This document shows, piece after piece, positions 49,401 to 56,768 of a stretch of DNA of 64,000 bases; position 1 is the first letter of the stretch, and every line of letters starts with the position of its first letter. The DNA lies in the IMG/VR virus record IMGVR_UViG_3300044997_000902, positions 4,076 through 68,075 of that record; one strand, written 5' to 3'. A program made the translations under genes and the position numbers. The stretch is from a virus. The notes under the pieces are model-generated. The model was not told where the DNA came from. It saw only the letters and a program-made list of their open reading frames with translations, and ran no database searches.

Positions 49401-50656
49401 CCTTTTCCTATTTTACTTCCTATGCTATCTCCCTTAACATCAAATGATTCTAAAGCCGTATTTAATCCTCCTAAAACTTTTTCTATGGCTGGTTGAAATG
49501 ATAAAGCGCCGATTTCACTTCCAACCTTAGTAAGATTTGCAAAAGTTTTATTTAATAGAGCCGCTAAAGTTTTATTTAATTCTTCATTTCTTCTAATAGC
49601 CTCATCACCCGCATTTGTAGCTGTTTTTAAAGCATTTCCATAAATTGAATATTCTTTACTTAAATCTCCTAATGCAGCTTTTAATACGTTAATTTGAAAT
49701 ACGCCGCCGACCAACTCTGCAATTTGAGCTTTTTGAGCTGCTCCTAATTGATCGAATTTAGTAGCAAGACCGGTTAAAATTTGAATCGCTGGAGCTGTAT
49801 TTCCTTGCAGATCTCTAACAGCAATACCTAAACCTTCTAGTTGATCTAATACATCAGTTCTTTGAACTCTAGTAAAAATAGTTTTTAATGAGTTACCGAT
49901 AACTGCTCCACCTCGCGCGGTAGTTTGATTAACGCTAGCAACAATAGCTAATAATTCATCGAAACTAACTCCTACATCTTGCGCTGAACTACCAACTCGT
50001 TTTAAGGCTTCAGCAAGATCTGCAGAACTTACTGCAAATGCAGCATCAACGCTAGCTAATTTATTTACAATTTGAGTAGAATCTAAAGCTGAATTATTAA
50101 AAGAATTTATTGAAGCTGTTAAAGCTTCTACGCTTGAAGCTGCATCTAAACCAGAAAGACGAGCTAAAATTAATGCATCGCTTGTTCTCTTTAATGTTTG
50201 TTCTAAAGTTAAACCCTGACGAGCAAGTTCTCCAGCTGCTGTGGCTACTGTAGCAAATGTTTGACCACTGTTTTTAGCTATTTCAAATAATTGATCTCCA
50301 AATTGGCTTAATGTTTTTGTGCCAGCATTTAATATGACATTAATATCTGTTAAAGATTTTTGAACTTCTATAGTGCTAGATATTAAAGCTGTGAAGGCTC
50401 TTTGAACATTGTAAATAGCTCCTGCAGATGCACCGAATGCAATAACACGAGCATTTGAAGCGTCCAATGACTTTTGGAACTCATTTGCTGCCCCAGTAAT
50501 ACGACCCAGAGGTTGAGTAAAAGCTCTAGAATTAATTCCTTGACCTAAATTAAAACCTCTACTTTCTAGTCTTTTTAACGCAGCTGAAACTTCCCTTTCC
50601 ATTTGGGAAGTATTAACTGATAAATTAATCTGCGCCTCGCCAATATTTTGAGCCAT
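40490..50656 (-). CDS. Tail tape measure protein with multiple inserted domains
   Basis: N-terminal TP901-type core (ELARQG, V.KLA.VD...AVSS.DLAEAL.R.GS, GNSLKTIFTR), hydrophobic Gly/Ala segments, two DDVPAML..GEYV.RK motifs. Confidence 0.93.
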   Translation of the reverse strand: MAQNIGEAQINLSVNTSQMEREVSAALKRLESRGFNLGQGINSRAFTQPLGRITGAANEFQKSLDASNARVIAFGASAGAIYNVQRAFTALISSTIEVQKSLTDINVILNAGTKTLSQFGDQLFEIAKNSGQTFATVATAAGELARQGLTLEQTLKRTSDALILARLSGLDAASSVEALTASINSFNNSALDSTQIVNKLASVDAAFAVSSADLAEALKRVGSSAQDVGVSFDELLAIVASVNQTTARGGAVIGNSLKTIFTRVQRTDVLDQLEGLGIAVRDLQGNTAPAIQILTGLATKFDQLGAAQKAQIAELVGGVFQINVLKAALGDLSKEYSIYGNALKTATNAGDEAIRRNEELNKTLAALLNKTFANLTKVGSEIGALSFQPAIEKVLGGLNTALESFDVKGDSIGSKIGKGIFDGIGSFISGPGLALLIGVFGKIFLNLAKFTTDAVKTVLGLNREAQAQAQIQERINAILSQNPALVQNILNKQVSLLQVEKDILTVIQAQTQARQQSTAIAATLSRGLMSRGVTSEKGVIRAKSQGFIPNFSANKEIMGAIAGGYMPGKIRSMNIPNYGRVTYNSAEEVKKFEGLKQPGIMPPESSEAGKNYKQKFKDKYGIDPYASSGFIPNFAGRPTTQAQTDIMIKKGYVKASGNELKQYLDTKEGKIEGAKLGVVPLYGSYWVPESKYNKLVFNSKKYLEDTAAKKGRLYEKGGGKIRDYVLVYPGFSNADMSFPTIGKSKDGKQVGFYAVPFPGELKSKKNSIIGPGIYGNAINALVDSSSNFLTGLAGVNPEIIKKAQFKRYLKSNISQDQIGTIVGNAFEGGILAALNIVPSDRTRVLDLTSKELQQLGKTFKNPVLDNEKWKGGDFKNSLSLDNRNSMAEKIITNSMEKALGFIPNFSPLKRAFETEKNLGGQPTLDYKEGLGLYVRDRATQPNFAAVMKDHPEGLQKAIKNSKNMQGLVSNGFVPNFAPAGFDPMTLFFTMQSFMGMGQNTMDQAVMQEERNKLARILKERRAAQQLLAQAEKAEVKDQKLITTLTQEKAEFEAAESRQRASMENQMGVFARNPRGRIVGGIGGAAGRFMGRYGTGIALAAPLLSGVASEFVGDDVTRGGRATKAGVTGLGTVASYAGIGAMVGSAIPGLGTGAGAIIGGGLGAISAATTAIKEFNDIMPELKNRAEKAQESLNNVNSATQLLSTSLETLSSIQNNTSLSTEQRVRLQEKATEDLASSIAKLNEALPGAGAEIENLYRKVGDTSELKTKISELQAEAQKSSQAVISGTRVVSSSKKIEDLLSPGMFSPSQLLRLSPNIDLRDLQIANEKQLKPTERRQLNEDVRIGAESVAGLFNNLSNTERNIQSSKIQELINTFNSKGLSGLKDLISGLVKNGEDAAYISEILNEINPDTLERYFNKWLELQKSAERTEKLIAETNAAFARGEMPITRIEDLQRQFAMPGGITPAALGRIDFNKMEQNLSGQKNQNFAEQFATGYRELSDSLGYGADRIKYLSEYTQQAAEIQKDWNNGAISTTQAFERLKIAIDKIEFEKNAPFMFSGERAQARQDILEKQLKQGNFAEGLDPLNSFFDRFGDNAATTADKINKSFGNLAENLQTGFEDAFGAFVDGTKTADQAFKDMLLSISQQIIKEQFSIGMRGLIGAFTGGGGFGSAGGGNSGGFLGGIFNSIFGGGKAKGGLIKKYSGGGYVDGGSGVKDDVPAMLTDGEYVLRKSAVNKYGINALNMLNQGGMIKGYGGGGGIQAMGIRGADRSASTFIEELFFPRNDVSSYLNDRFLQANNRMVFRGGKGGKMLSMPIPFTKSLQGGIPVTGKALHATPHFQQAAGYANSALAMRFQNVAGKLFYVSGSEDNVPFASKAKTVQAFSGLEKRLVMRPGMGGSVYSQAMGLKVSGVKLGDYFDARVSDKVLNNLPLYQRQLTSLSQYDGLELNAMGGRKDRTFLVMRDKAVNMPAFLRRQIDREIKDAKRSNPNYMDKAARGRYFDSLKSAKNARGMGPTSAFLDDVRMAWSLQKPIEVSKPGTTPTISPTMSSVAKPSLFSRGLKPLGNQNIDYFSDPNKFYRVVRGQDVYDDIVESQKIRTAGSPTYRGADYDPTASGKIRLDGRPTTFPSFAKGQASMSYASGDPNHYIIETGDKSLQPSKMGRHGKAGTHFPTDEAGNHLKEMDAKKTKIWKHIGGGQYKPVSPRLQKIGKSLLGLGNNVAKGLATRFGSPLLKTGVKMLGVAGGIFGNLDLFDQSMAELGYFPGGGNNILSKGGRIRGYATGGSINSLLVNQYDFYGAAGEKLNEYYMPEAFKTTVGSPKELANVPALTGRFNISDLLSSRAVTDENNPMNALRTQRFLGMQSYQEQVANFKTGYNEQYRQVEEQRKEAQRLADEENARRMAAYNQQRMGTLIGGLLSVGFSAVSPFLGGMGGGGGFGGIFGGIQNIAQNVVQGIFSGAGQGGGSQTMSAFQKEMIAKQNEQAITSYQNYGFNDFRKQANLFPQFGNQGGFGGGMGGGSNFLPTSSIGGFQFGVGLGAPAGFQTYTQNAQQDYLLNFASPVTPIAPGRNNLVYDFLNQNTNPFGYSRGYAKGGLIRGYFDGGGASKYITPDQLDLPIKGNFGETTTLRQLGLTTNSTYADLNKMNQQAFGGGFNSPEVMQFVSMISSMSGLPGGGFNRITGVNDLYHMTRRAPDTSHRTGYKVDFTLKGQNKFYQEQKSMIVDNLEKEYGLQAGADYALNYEGIGTPGSTGEHFDVQLKKSGVKKIRMMNMGIPADNTQIAGMILSKKAVAEYLNLPLNAPFPGANTNTIAGTNISTVGPQANPFTNTNPITRYLTPDGPTRSNMPYVGSQGSMTNAPSYITRSAIPYGPTRSDMPYVGSRGSRIGTLASQMPMGGMPTTQIPDVSIGPTKSPIMYSMGEDIITSPRVAQPPITTNARATTQNFAKKVSEYFRDPLGILPSGGGLGKGAIPTISKGPGNIPIIGPQVNAPTTSQRGGLPSTQVNIPGANQTPLDLNDPIIAEYVKSQSQLFEEAAQASMMQLPYFRDLRNMVDMATGNAPNLYQSVGSLYDVKNKGDYGKLAARFSSFYGNNFKNRYSSFGEKGFNNYLNYIGASPFSSLSQLNAFKFPMTPNTYSPFAFGSRYFGGFGGTGYQSGFNSFGTPFSNWFSTGSRLGITPSWASRAIGGMIYGGTSYKDDVPAMLMGGEYVIRKDIVDKMGEPFFNRLNRGQVQGFAEGGPVGTNLPSVGMDQNTQQDNSRNQFVESITKLVKSLEQLNKGIEEQNRETKTQNEGATDTTESGGGGVTNNININVNVDQNGKTTNSTTQEDQGSGTNQETDQEKFKKTMERSRVLAELLRQQVLKVIVEEQRPGGVLYQGSKGRDLGR
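42002..42136. repeat. 90-bp-period duplication inside the tape measure gene
   Basis: GPTRSNMPYVGSQGS / GPTRSDMPYVGSRGS; ACTACCAACATATGGCAT occurs twice, 90 bp apart. Confidence 0.85.
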
Positions 50657-50675
50657 AATGCCTTTTTCCTATTAT

Positions 50676-50685
50676 AAATTACACA
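50676..50685 (-). promoter_or_regulatory. Putative late promoter motif
   Basis: TGTGTAATTT about 20 nt upstream of the tape measure ATG. Confidence 0.6.
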
Positions 50686-50725
50686 TTTATTGGAAAAATA
50701 TTAGGCAAGTATATAATATTATCTC

Positions 50726-51736
50726 TTATAATCCATGCAATTTAATAAGGTCTTGCATATCTAATTTGCCACCCTTTTTAGATGCTTCTTTAGCTAAATT
50801 AATATCTGTAGATTTGTCTTCATTTTTAATACCCAAACGTTTAAGATCTTCTTCTGTAGCTCCTACAATAGACGAAGCGATGTTATCTTTTTGAGTTAAT
50901 TTGCTATTCTTATTAAGAACATTTTCAACATTTTTGCTTCCTTCAAACCATTCTATTAGACCTTCTGGATCAGCCATTAGATATGATGGTGGTTTTGTTT
51001 TTGCATTGCTAATAATACTTTTAAAATATTTGCCATAACTAAATAATTCTATTTGATAAAAACTTAACTCAACTAGCGGTTTTCCATAGAAAATATATGG
51101 ATCATCATTGCTAAGATAAAATATATTAGAGAAATATCCAGCTAAACTAATTCTTTTTAAATTTCTATCATTAAATTTATCATTAACTTCGTTATAACTT
51201 CTAATTAATAAAACTATATCTTTATTGTCTAATTCATCATAATCTTCTTTTTTAAAGAATCTATTTTGAAGCTTTTCATCTTCAAATAAAGAAACATACA
51301 TGTAGTATTCATTTATTTTTTTTGCAGCATATTCTTCTACAGTATATCCTATAAGATCTTTCTTTTCATATTTTAGAGCTTTTAATTCTGCATCATTTTT
51401 ATCAATCTCGGTGTTAATTTGATCAATTTGAGCTTTAAGAAATAGTTTACTTTTAGTCGTTTTTAAATTTGATATAAATTTATCTAATTCTATAATTTTT
51501 TTATTTTTATCTTCAGACCATAATCCTTCTTTTATTAAATATTCTTCTTGTTGTTTAGCTGTAGGCAAACCCATGCTTTTCGCTTTTTCAAAAAATTGCT
51601 CATGATATATATCAATATCAGCAGAATCTTGATTATTTATATGCTTAAAAAATAAAGTCCCAATACCTTCGATATTCTTTTTAGAATATCCTTTGATTAT
51701 TTCAGAAAAAATAATCTTTAGGTTTGGATCTATCAT
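50726..51736 (-). CDS. Putative tail assembly chaperone
   Basis: Position just upstream of the tape measure; helical; FYGKPLVELSFYQIEL...PP....DP motif. Confidence 0.5.
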   Translation of the reverse strand: MIDPNLKIIFSEIIKGYSKKNIEGIGTLFFKHINNQDSADIDIYHEQFFEKAKSMGLPTAKQQEEYLIKEGLWSEDKNKKIIELDKFISNLKTTKSKLFLKAQIDQINTEIDKNDAELKALKYEKKDLIGYTVEEYAAKKINEYYMYVSLFEDEKLQNRFFKKEDYDELDNKDIVLLIRSYNEVNDKFNDRNLKRISLAGYFSNIFYLSNDDPYIFYGKPLVELSFYQIELFSYGKYFKSIISNAKTKPPSYLMADPEGLIEWFEGSKNVENVLNKNSKLTQKDNIASSIVGATEEDLKRLGIKNEDKSTDINLAKEASKKGGKLDMQDLIKLHGL

Positions 51737-52530
51737 TCATTCTTATCTGTAATCTTTATTTCGCCTTTTGATTCTACTAGAGGTTCATCTACTTCTAACG
51801 TAGCTGCAGCAAGTTTTTCAAATTCTTCTTGAGAAGATGCGCGACCCACGTACCAAAAGCTTACGAAATAAGCTAATTTACGACATACAAGATTTTCAAA
51901 ATCCGTTCCATTTTCTTCGATATTATCGTAAACTTTAATCTTTGAATAATAATCTCCTTCTCCAAAAAAAGGATATTCTCTTCCCTTTTCATCAAAAGCA
52001 TAAGCTAATTGTAGTACCCACCATAAGATGGTTTTGTTTCTTGCTCTATTTTCTGCTGTTTGATCGAAAAGACTTGCTTGAGCTGTTTCAAAGTCTTGAA
52101 TTTGAGTCCTTAACTCAGTTAATTCTCCTACGACTTCTTTATATCTTATTTTTTCTTGTTCTGTTCTTTCAGATTCGTCTTTAATGCTAAGCTTTTGAAA
52201 TTCATTTTGTCTTTCAAATAAAGCTACATAAAGTGTGGCGTATACATTTTTTTCTTCTTCGCTAAGTACTCCACCATCATTTGTAAACCTTTTAGATAGT
52301 AAAGCTCTAGTTAACAAGCCAGCTTTAATTCCTTCTGATAAGCGAACTCCATAAAATAATTCTGCTTCATCAAAAAGCGCGCGTGTTGGTTTACGAAGAA
52401 AAACCTTAACTTGCTCTTTCTTTTTAACCTTTTTAGTAGTTTTTACTTCTTCACCTTTTTCATTTTTAGAAGTCTCAATTTCTTCAATCTCAACTTCTTT
52501 TGGTACCATAAATTCAAATAGCTTTTTCAT
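51733..52530 (-). CDS. Putative tail assembly chaperone
   Basis: Between major tail and tape measure genes; V.LRKPTR then helices; start re-called to ATG 52530 (AAGGAATAAGGAATATG). Confidence 0.5.
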   Translation of the reverse strand: MKKLFEFMVPKEVEIEEIETSKNEKGEEVKTTKKVKKKEQVKVFLRKPTRALFDEAELFYGVRLSEGIKAGLLTRALLSKRFTNDGGVLSEEEKNVYATLYVALFERQNEFQKLSIKDESERTEQEKIRYKEVVGELTELRTQIQDFETAQASLFDQTAENRARNKTILWWVLQLAYAFDEKGREYPFFGEGDYYSKIKVYDNIEENGTDFENLVCRKLAYFVSFWYVGRASSQEEFEKLAAATLEVDEPLVESKGEIKITDKNE

Positions 52531-52789
52531 ATTCCTTATTCCTTTCAATTGATTCTATATATTTTTTTATTTTTTTAAATTGCACTCTGCCTCCTAGCAA
52601 AGATATAAATTTATTTTGTTTATCCTTATGCCATCTATCATAATTTTTACTTAAAAAATTTGGATTTGTTACAACTTCAAATGTAGGTTTTAATACTCCA
52701 TATTCTTTAAGAGATCTTTGAATAGTTTGTAATTCAAGATTATTACGAATAACAGCTTCTTCTGAATATTTAAAAATCATTTTTTTCAT
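52514..52789 (-). CDS. Hypothetical protein
   Basis: 91-aa ORF overlapping both neighbours. Confidence 0.55.
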   Translation of the reverse strand: MKKMIFKYSEEAVIRNNLELQTIQRSLKEYGVLKPTFEVVTNPNFLSKNYDRWHKDKQNKFISLLGGRVQFKKIKKYIESIERNKEYEKAI

Positions 52790-53016
52790 TTTAAATTAAA
52801 ATCAAATTTTTCTAATTCTTCTTCTATTTCACGAATCGTATCGTTTCCGTGATCGAGTATTCTTTTACGATATTTTTGATATGATTCATTATCCATATTA
52901 TATTGAGAATTTACAGCATCTTCAAGAATAAATAAACAATGTTTATATAAATTTGTTATTTTTCTACGAAATTGGAATAGCACGTATTCCCTTAATTTTG
53001 GGTCACCTTTTTCCAT
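52786..53016 (-). CDS. Hypothetical protein
   Basis: 76-aa helical ORF with RBS and upstream GTGTAAT motif. Confidence 0.65.
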   Translation of the reverse strand: MEKGDPKLREYVLFQFRRKITNLYKHCLFILEDAVNSQYNMDNESYQKYRKRILDHGNDTIREIEEELEKFDFNLK

Positions 53017-53040
53017 AATATTTACCTTTTTCCTTACCTT

Positions 53041-53050
53041 ATATTACACT
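53041..53050 (-). promoter_or_regulatory. Putative late promoter motif
   Basis: AGTGTAATAT immediately after the terminator U-tract. Confidence 0.6.
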
Positions 53051-53087
53051 AAAAAAATACCCCGCCAAGTTACCTTGACGGGGTATT
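53051..53087 (-). terminator. Rho-independent terminator after the major tail gene
   Basis: Minus strand AATACCCCGTCAAG-GTAA-CTTGGCGGGGTATTTTTTT. Confidence 0.9.
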
Positions 53088-53114
53088 AAGTCTAATTATT
53101 TATCTATCTATATA

Positions 53115-54218
53115 TTAATCTTTAACTCCGCTCATGAACAATCCACGATCATTTTGATTTGGACCGCCAATTTGAGAAGAGAATGTTAATGTTACCAATT
53201 TGTTATCACCGATAGAACTGCTAAATTCTTGACTATCAAGTTTAGCTCGTTTAAGAGTGTATTTTGCTGCAACTGTAGAATCAGTTGGATTCTTGAGGGA
53301 AACACTCAAATCGTAATTCTTATCTGATGTAACGATATCTGATAGATTTCCTGTAGTTAAATCACCAAGTAATGCGTCAACAGATAATATTACGGTTACT
53401 GGGAATGTGATTTCGCGAGCAAATGCGAATTTGCTGCCTAACTTCTGGAGGGGTTCACGAGCAAGATCAAAGCTTAATGTATAGCTTTGAATCTTGGCGT
53501 CGCTAATTTTTGCACCACCGTCATCATCAGTTGCAAATGCTCCTAGATCAAGAGTAATATCTCCTGGACGAAGAGCACTAACGCTATCAGCACCAATTGA
53601 ACTTACAACGGTTGGTAAAGCATATTTAACGCCAGTAATCTTAGAACCATCTGTTGGGTTAACTGCTGGAACATGATTGCCCGTAGTTCCTGCGTCAAAA
53701 GCCATATTAAGAGCTTCTATATTAACTGTGACTGTTGGGAAATTACCAACAGAACCTTCTGTAGAATAAGAACTAATAAATCCGTTGCCAATACCGATAA
53801 CGCTTTGATTAGCTGCGCCAGTAGCAACTCCTAGAGCATCTACGCCTTCACTTACTGTACGAATAAAATAATTTCTTTCGTCTTGAGTTTTGTTTAAGAT
53901 ACCAGAAATACAAGAAGAAGTGCCATCTAGCGGAGCGAAACCAAGTTCCTCTTCGTTTGCTAAACTATTTAGTAGGTAACTAAAATCAAGAGAAACTGTT
54001 GGGGATTCTAGGATCACTCGATCAATAGCTGCTAGCTCACCAAATTGATTAACGTCTTGACGAGCAATATTAAAACTATAATTAGCGCTTTGAACACGAT
54101 GTAATTGTTTAACTAAATTGCCACTCAAATTTTCTTGATCTGTAAAATGATTGCCCGTTGCTGGACTTGGTCCTGCATAAAGGGCTTCAGATTGATAAAT
54201 GATTCTATTTCTTGCCAT
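53115..54218 (-). CDS. Major tail tube protein (two tandem tube domains)
   Basis: VQSANYSFNIARQDVNQFGE / IQSYTLSFDLAREPLQKLG internal duplication; strong RBS, own terminator, position after the neck genes. Confidence 0.8.
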   Translation of the reverse strand: MARNRIIYQSEALYAGPSPATGNHFTDQENLSGNLVKQLHRVQSANYSFNIARQDVNQFGELAAIDRVILESPTVSLDFSYLLNSLANEEELGFAPLDGTSSCISGILNKTQDERNYFIRTVSEGVDALGVATGAANQSVIGIGNGFISSYSTEGSVGNFPTVTVNIEALNMAFDAGTTGNHVPAVNPTDGSKITGVKYALPTVVSSIGADSVSALRPGDITLDLGAFATDDDGGAKISDAKIQSYTLSFDLAREPLQKLGSKFAFAREITFPVTVILSVDALLGDLTTGNLSDIVTSDKNYDLSVSLKNPTDSTVAAKYTLKRAKLDSQEFSSSIGDNKLVTLTFSSQIGGPNQNDRGLFMSGVKD

Positions 54219-54242
54219 ATTAAAATTCTCCTATATCTACTT

Positions 54243-54252
54243 TAATTACACT
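54243..54252 (-). promoter_or_regulatory. Putative late promoter motif
   Basis: AGTGTAATTA about 25 nt upstream of ATG 54218. Confidence 0.6.
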
Positions 54253-54282
54253 TATTTTTTGATATTTATACTTATTTTTTAT

Positions 54283-55134
54283 TTATGATCTTGGGTATCT
54301 ATATATTTCAAGCTCAAAATCAATAAAAGATGATATTGCATCTGGGTTAAGATCTTGATATTGACTTCTATTAGCCACATTTTTGCTAATATATATATTT
54401 TTTATATATACGCTATTAGAGCTACCAGCTCTGCCTGTGGTTAAAAGATCATAATTATAGCCAGATTTTAAGCCATTTAAGCTATTAAAGGGCATTTCAT
54501 TTGGCTGAATAAGAGGGATATATGTACGGACCACATCTTTAAATATGCTAGTTACTGCATCCATACTAAATATAGAGTCTGATATTACTATAGCTCTTAC
54601 ATTAATGTTGGTGCTATCTAAACCACCAAAAGCAAGGGGCTCATTGTTGCCACCATTATTTTTAAGATATATTGCAGGATAAGTTTGGGCATTAATTGGT
54701 AATCCTGTGGGGCTTTCTATAGTTTTTGGATTTAAATTAAATTTAGTTTCAAATAAAATCTTTTCTTCATTTTCATTAGTAAGATATACGCCATAGTCTT
54801 TAACAGCATATGCTCCACTTATTGTATGAGATGATTGATCGCTATCAAAATATAATTGTCCTTGATCTGCATTTATAGCCACAAGACCACTTTGACCAGT
54901 AGTAATAAATGTATTATTAATATAAACTCCACTTATAATATTAGATTCAATTATAGATTCATCTCTTACTAGATTTCTAAATGGTGCACCATAAGTATAA
55001 TAACCATTATATATATTTGTAATAGGATAAAAATTACTGACATGATTAGAAAATGCTTCACCTTTTTTGACCAATGTATGATCAAACCAAAGAATCATGC
55101 TGCTCATTAAAACATTTTCAAATTGTGGTTTCAT
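54283..55134 (-). CDS. Putative tail terminator/completion protein
   Basis: Position before the major tail gene; YPAIYL...EP.A.GG, FIDFELEI.R.PR. Confidence 0.5.
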   Translation of the reverse strand: MKPQFENVLMSSMILWFDHTLVKKGEAFSNHVSNFYPITNIYNGYYTYGAPFRNLVRDESIIESNIISGVYINNTFITTGQSGLVAINADQGQLYFDSDQSSHTISGAYAVKDYGVYLTNENEEKILFETKFNLNPKTIESPTGLPINAQTYPAIYLKNNGGNNEPLAFGGLDSTNINVRAIVISDSIFSMDAVTSIFKDVVRTYIPLIQPNEMPFNSLNGLKSGYNYDLLTTGRAGSSNSVYIKNIYISKNVANRSQYQDLNPDAISSFIDFELEIYRYPRS

Positions 55135-55748
55135 ACATTAAACTTAGCGTTAACCTTTGAATAAAATTTCTTTAAAATAGTTGACATATATGATGTTGGC
55201 TTAAATGAGCCAGGTCTAATTTCAGATTCTGTTTGAAGCCCTGTTCCAGAACGACTTCCTTTAAGATATTTTTTAAATATATAATAGCTAAAACCAGATA
55301 TACCTTTTTCTATACCTCTAACCCAACTACGACCTCCTTCAAATGGCATAGGCGTAACAGATTCTATCTCATTTAATGTTGGCCCAGATATTGGAAAACT
55401 TATTTTTAAATCTTTGCCAGTAGCAGTAATAGTTGGCTTATTGTCTACTCTAACATCATTAGCAAGAATATCTTTTATGATTTCAGTTGGATTACTCCCA
55501 TCATTAAAACCAATATAACTAAAAAGATTGCCTTCACCGCCAAGAGTATTAGAAATATTGGAAGCTTCTGGCCCCGCCTCAATTTCTTTGGTAACAGGAT
55601 GATTTTCAAATTCATTTATCATTTGCTGCTTATTTTTCTCTACATATTCTTCAACAAGATCTTTTACTTGTTCACGAATAATCTTAACTACTCTTGGATT
55701 ATTTGAGATTGATTTAGACAATTGGTTTTTATTTAATTTTAATCTCAT
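55131..55748 (-). CDS. Putative neck/tail completion protein
   Basis: Synteny in the neck module; HPVTKEI..G, GNLFSYIGF, SW..GIE.GISG. Confidence 0.5.
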   Translation of the reverse strand: MRLKLNKNQLSKSISNNPRVVKIIREQVKDLVEEYVEKNKQQMINEFENHPVTKEIEAGPEASNISNTLGGEGNLFSYIGFNDGSNPTEIIKDILANDVRVDNKPTITATGKDLKISFPISGPTLNEIESVTPMPFEGGRSWVRGIEKGISGFSYYIFKKYLKGSRSGTGLQTESEIRPGSFKPTSYMSTILKKFYSKVNAKFNV

Positions 55749-56191
55749 TATGATGCAGCCTCTAAAAAAAATACAAAATATTCAGAAGTAAGAAAACGCT
55801 TCATTGTATCATCTGTAACAACATTAAATGGTTTATTATCAATAACTATTCTCTCTGTTTTGCCATTTTGCATTATAAAATCTCTGGCTTCTCTTTGGAC
55901 TCTAATCTTAACAATCCCTTTACTAACTCTGCTTTTTAATTCTGGCAATAATTCAAGTTCTTGTTTTGGATTATATTTTACTTTAGCATCAAAAGTTCCG
56001 CTAACTGGAATATAAGTAATATTTGTTTTAATTGCAGCTTCACCATATCCAGGAAGGCTATTTGTAGAGACTTGATTAATTATCTTTTTAGGTTCTTTGT
56101 ATACTACTATTGGTCTAGAGAAAGTGTCAAAAAGATCACCCATTACTCCTGTGGCATTTGTTATCTCTATATCTGAAAGAAGACTTGGCAT
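55748..56191 (-). CDS. Putative head-closure protein
   Basis: 147-aa beta-rich ORF, second gene of the neck module. Confidence 0.45.
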   Translation of the reverse strand: MPSLLSDIEITNATGVMGDLFDTFSRPIVVYKEPKKIINQVSTNSLPGYGEAAIKTNITYIPVSGTFDAKVKYNPKQELELLPELKSRVSKGIVKIRVQREARDFIMQNGKTERIVIDNKPFNVVTDDTMKRFLTSEYFVFFLEAAS

Positions 56192-56703
56192 TAGATTGAC
56201 CTATTATAAGTATTAACAGATTGATCTCCTCCGGTTGATAATCCAGGAATTGTGTCGTCTCCTGCAACTTGCAAAGGAGTAATTTCATTTGTTGAATAGG
56301 CTTTAAGCATATCAGATAGTTCAAGCATTTCTTGCTTTTTAATACTAGCAAAAGTTTTGCTAAGTTCATTTTTATTTACTTTTGTTACAGAACTGCCTTC
56401 ATCTGAAATACTAACAACACTATCAAGATTTACGCTCACAAGAGTTTTTCTTAATTGGCGATCATAATAATGTATTGTATATAATTTCTTAAAAATAACT
56501 TTTTCATTTATATTAAATGGATCTGTTGATGTATCTTCAACTTCAAGAGAAGATTGATTAATAGTATAAGGTTTATTTAAAAGCACATTTAATGAACCAA
56601 TATTGGTTCTTAGCCAAAAAGCTATAGAAGGAACGCTTATATCATCTGGCTCGCCAAGTTCATGAAAAAGCTCATCTGCTATATCAACAATTTTAGTAGT
56701 CAT
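56191..56703 (-). CDS. Putative head-tail adaptor
   Basis: Helical N-terminal part then SISDEGSSVT hairpin; first gene of the neck module. Confidence 0.45.
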   Translation of the reverse strand: MTTKIVDIADELFHELGEPDDISVPSIAFWLRTNIGSLNVLLNKPYTINQSSLEVEDTSTDPFNINEKVIFKKLYTIHYYDRQLRKTLVSVNLDSVVSISDEGSSVTKVNKNELSKTFASIKKQEMLELSDMLKAYSTNEITPLQVAGDDTIPGLSTGGDQSVNTYNRSI

Positions 56704-56711
56704 AGTACACT

Positions 56712-56721
56712 AAATTACACT
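56712..56721 (-). promoter_or_regulatory. Putative late promoter motif
   Basis: AGTGTAATTT, followed by a partial AGTGTA, just before ATG 56703. Confidence 0.55.
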
Positions 56722-56768
56722 ATTTTAGGAGTAATATTAATATAGGTTATGCTAAACTAAAATAATAC

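Noticed and set aside
50726-52530. Programmed G/GT-type frameshift between the chaperone genes
   Set aside because: The ORFs overlap by a plain ATGA and no clear slippery heptamer was seen at the junction.
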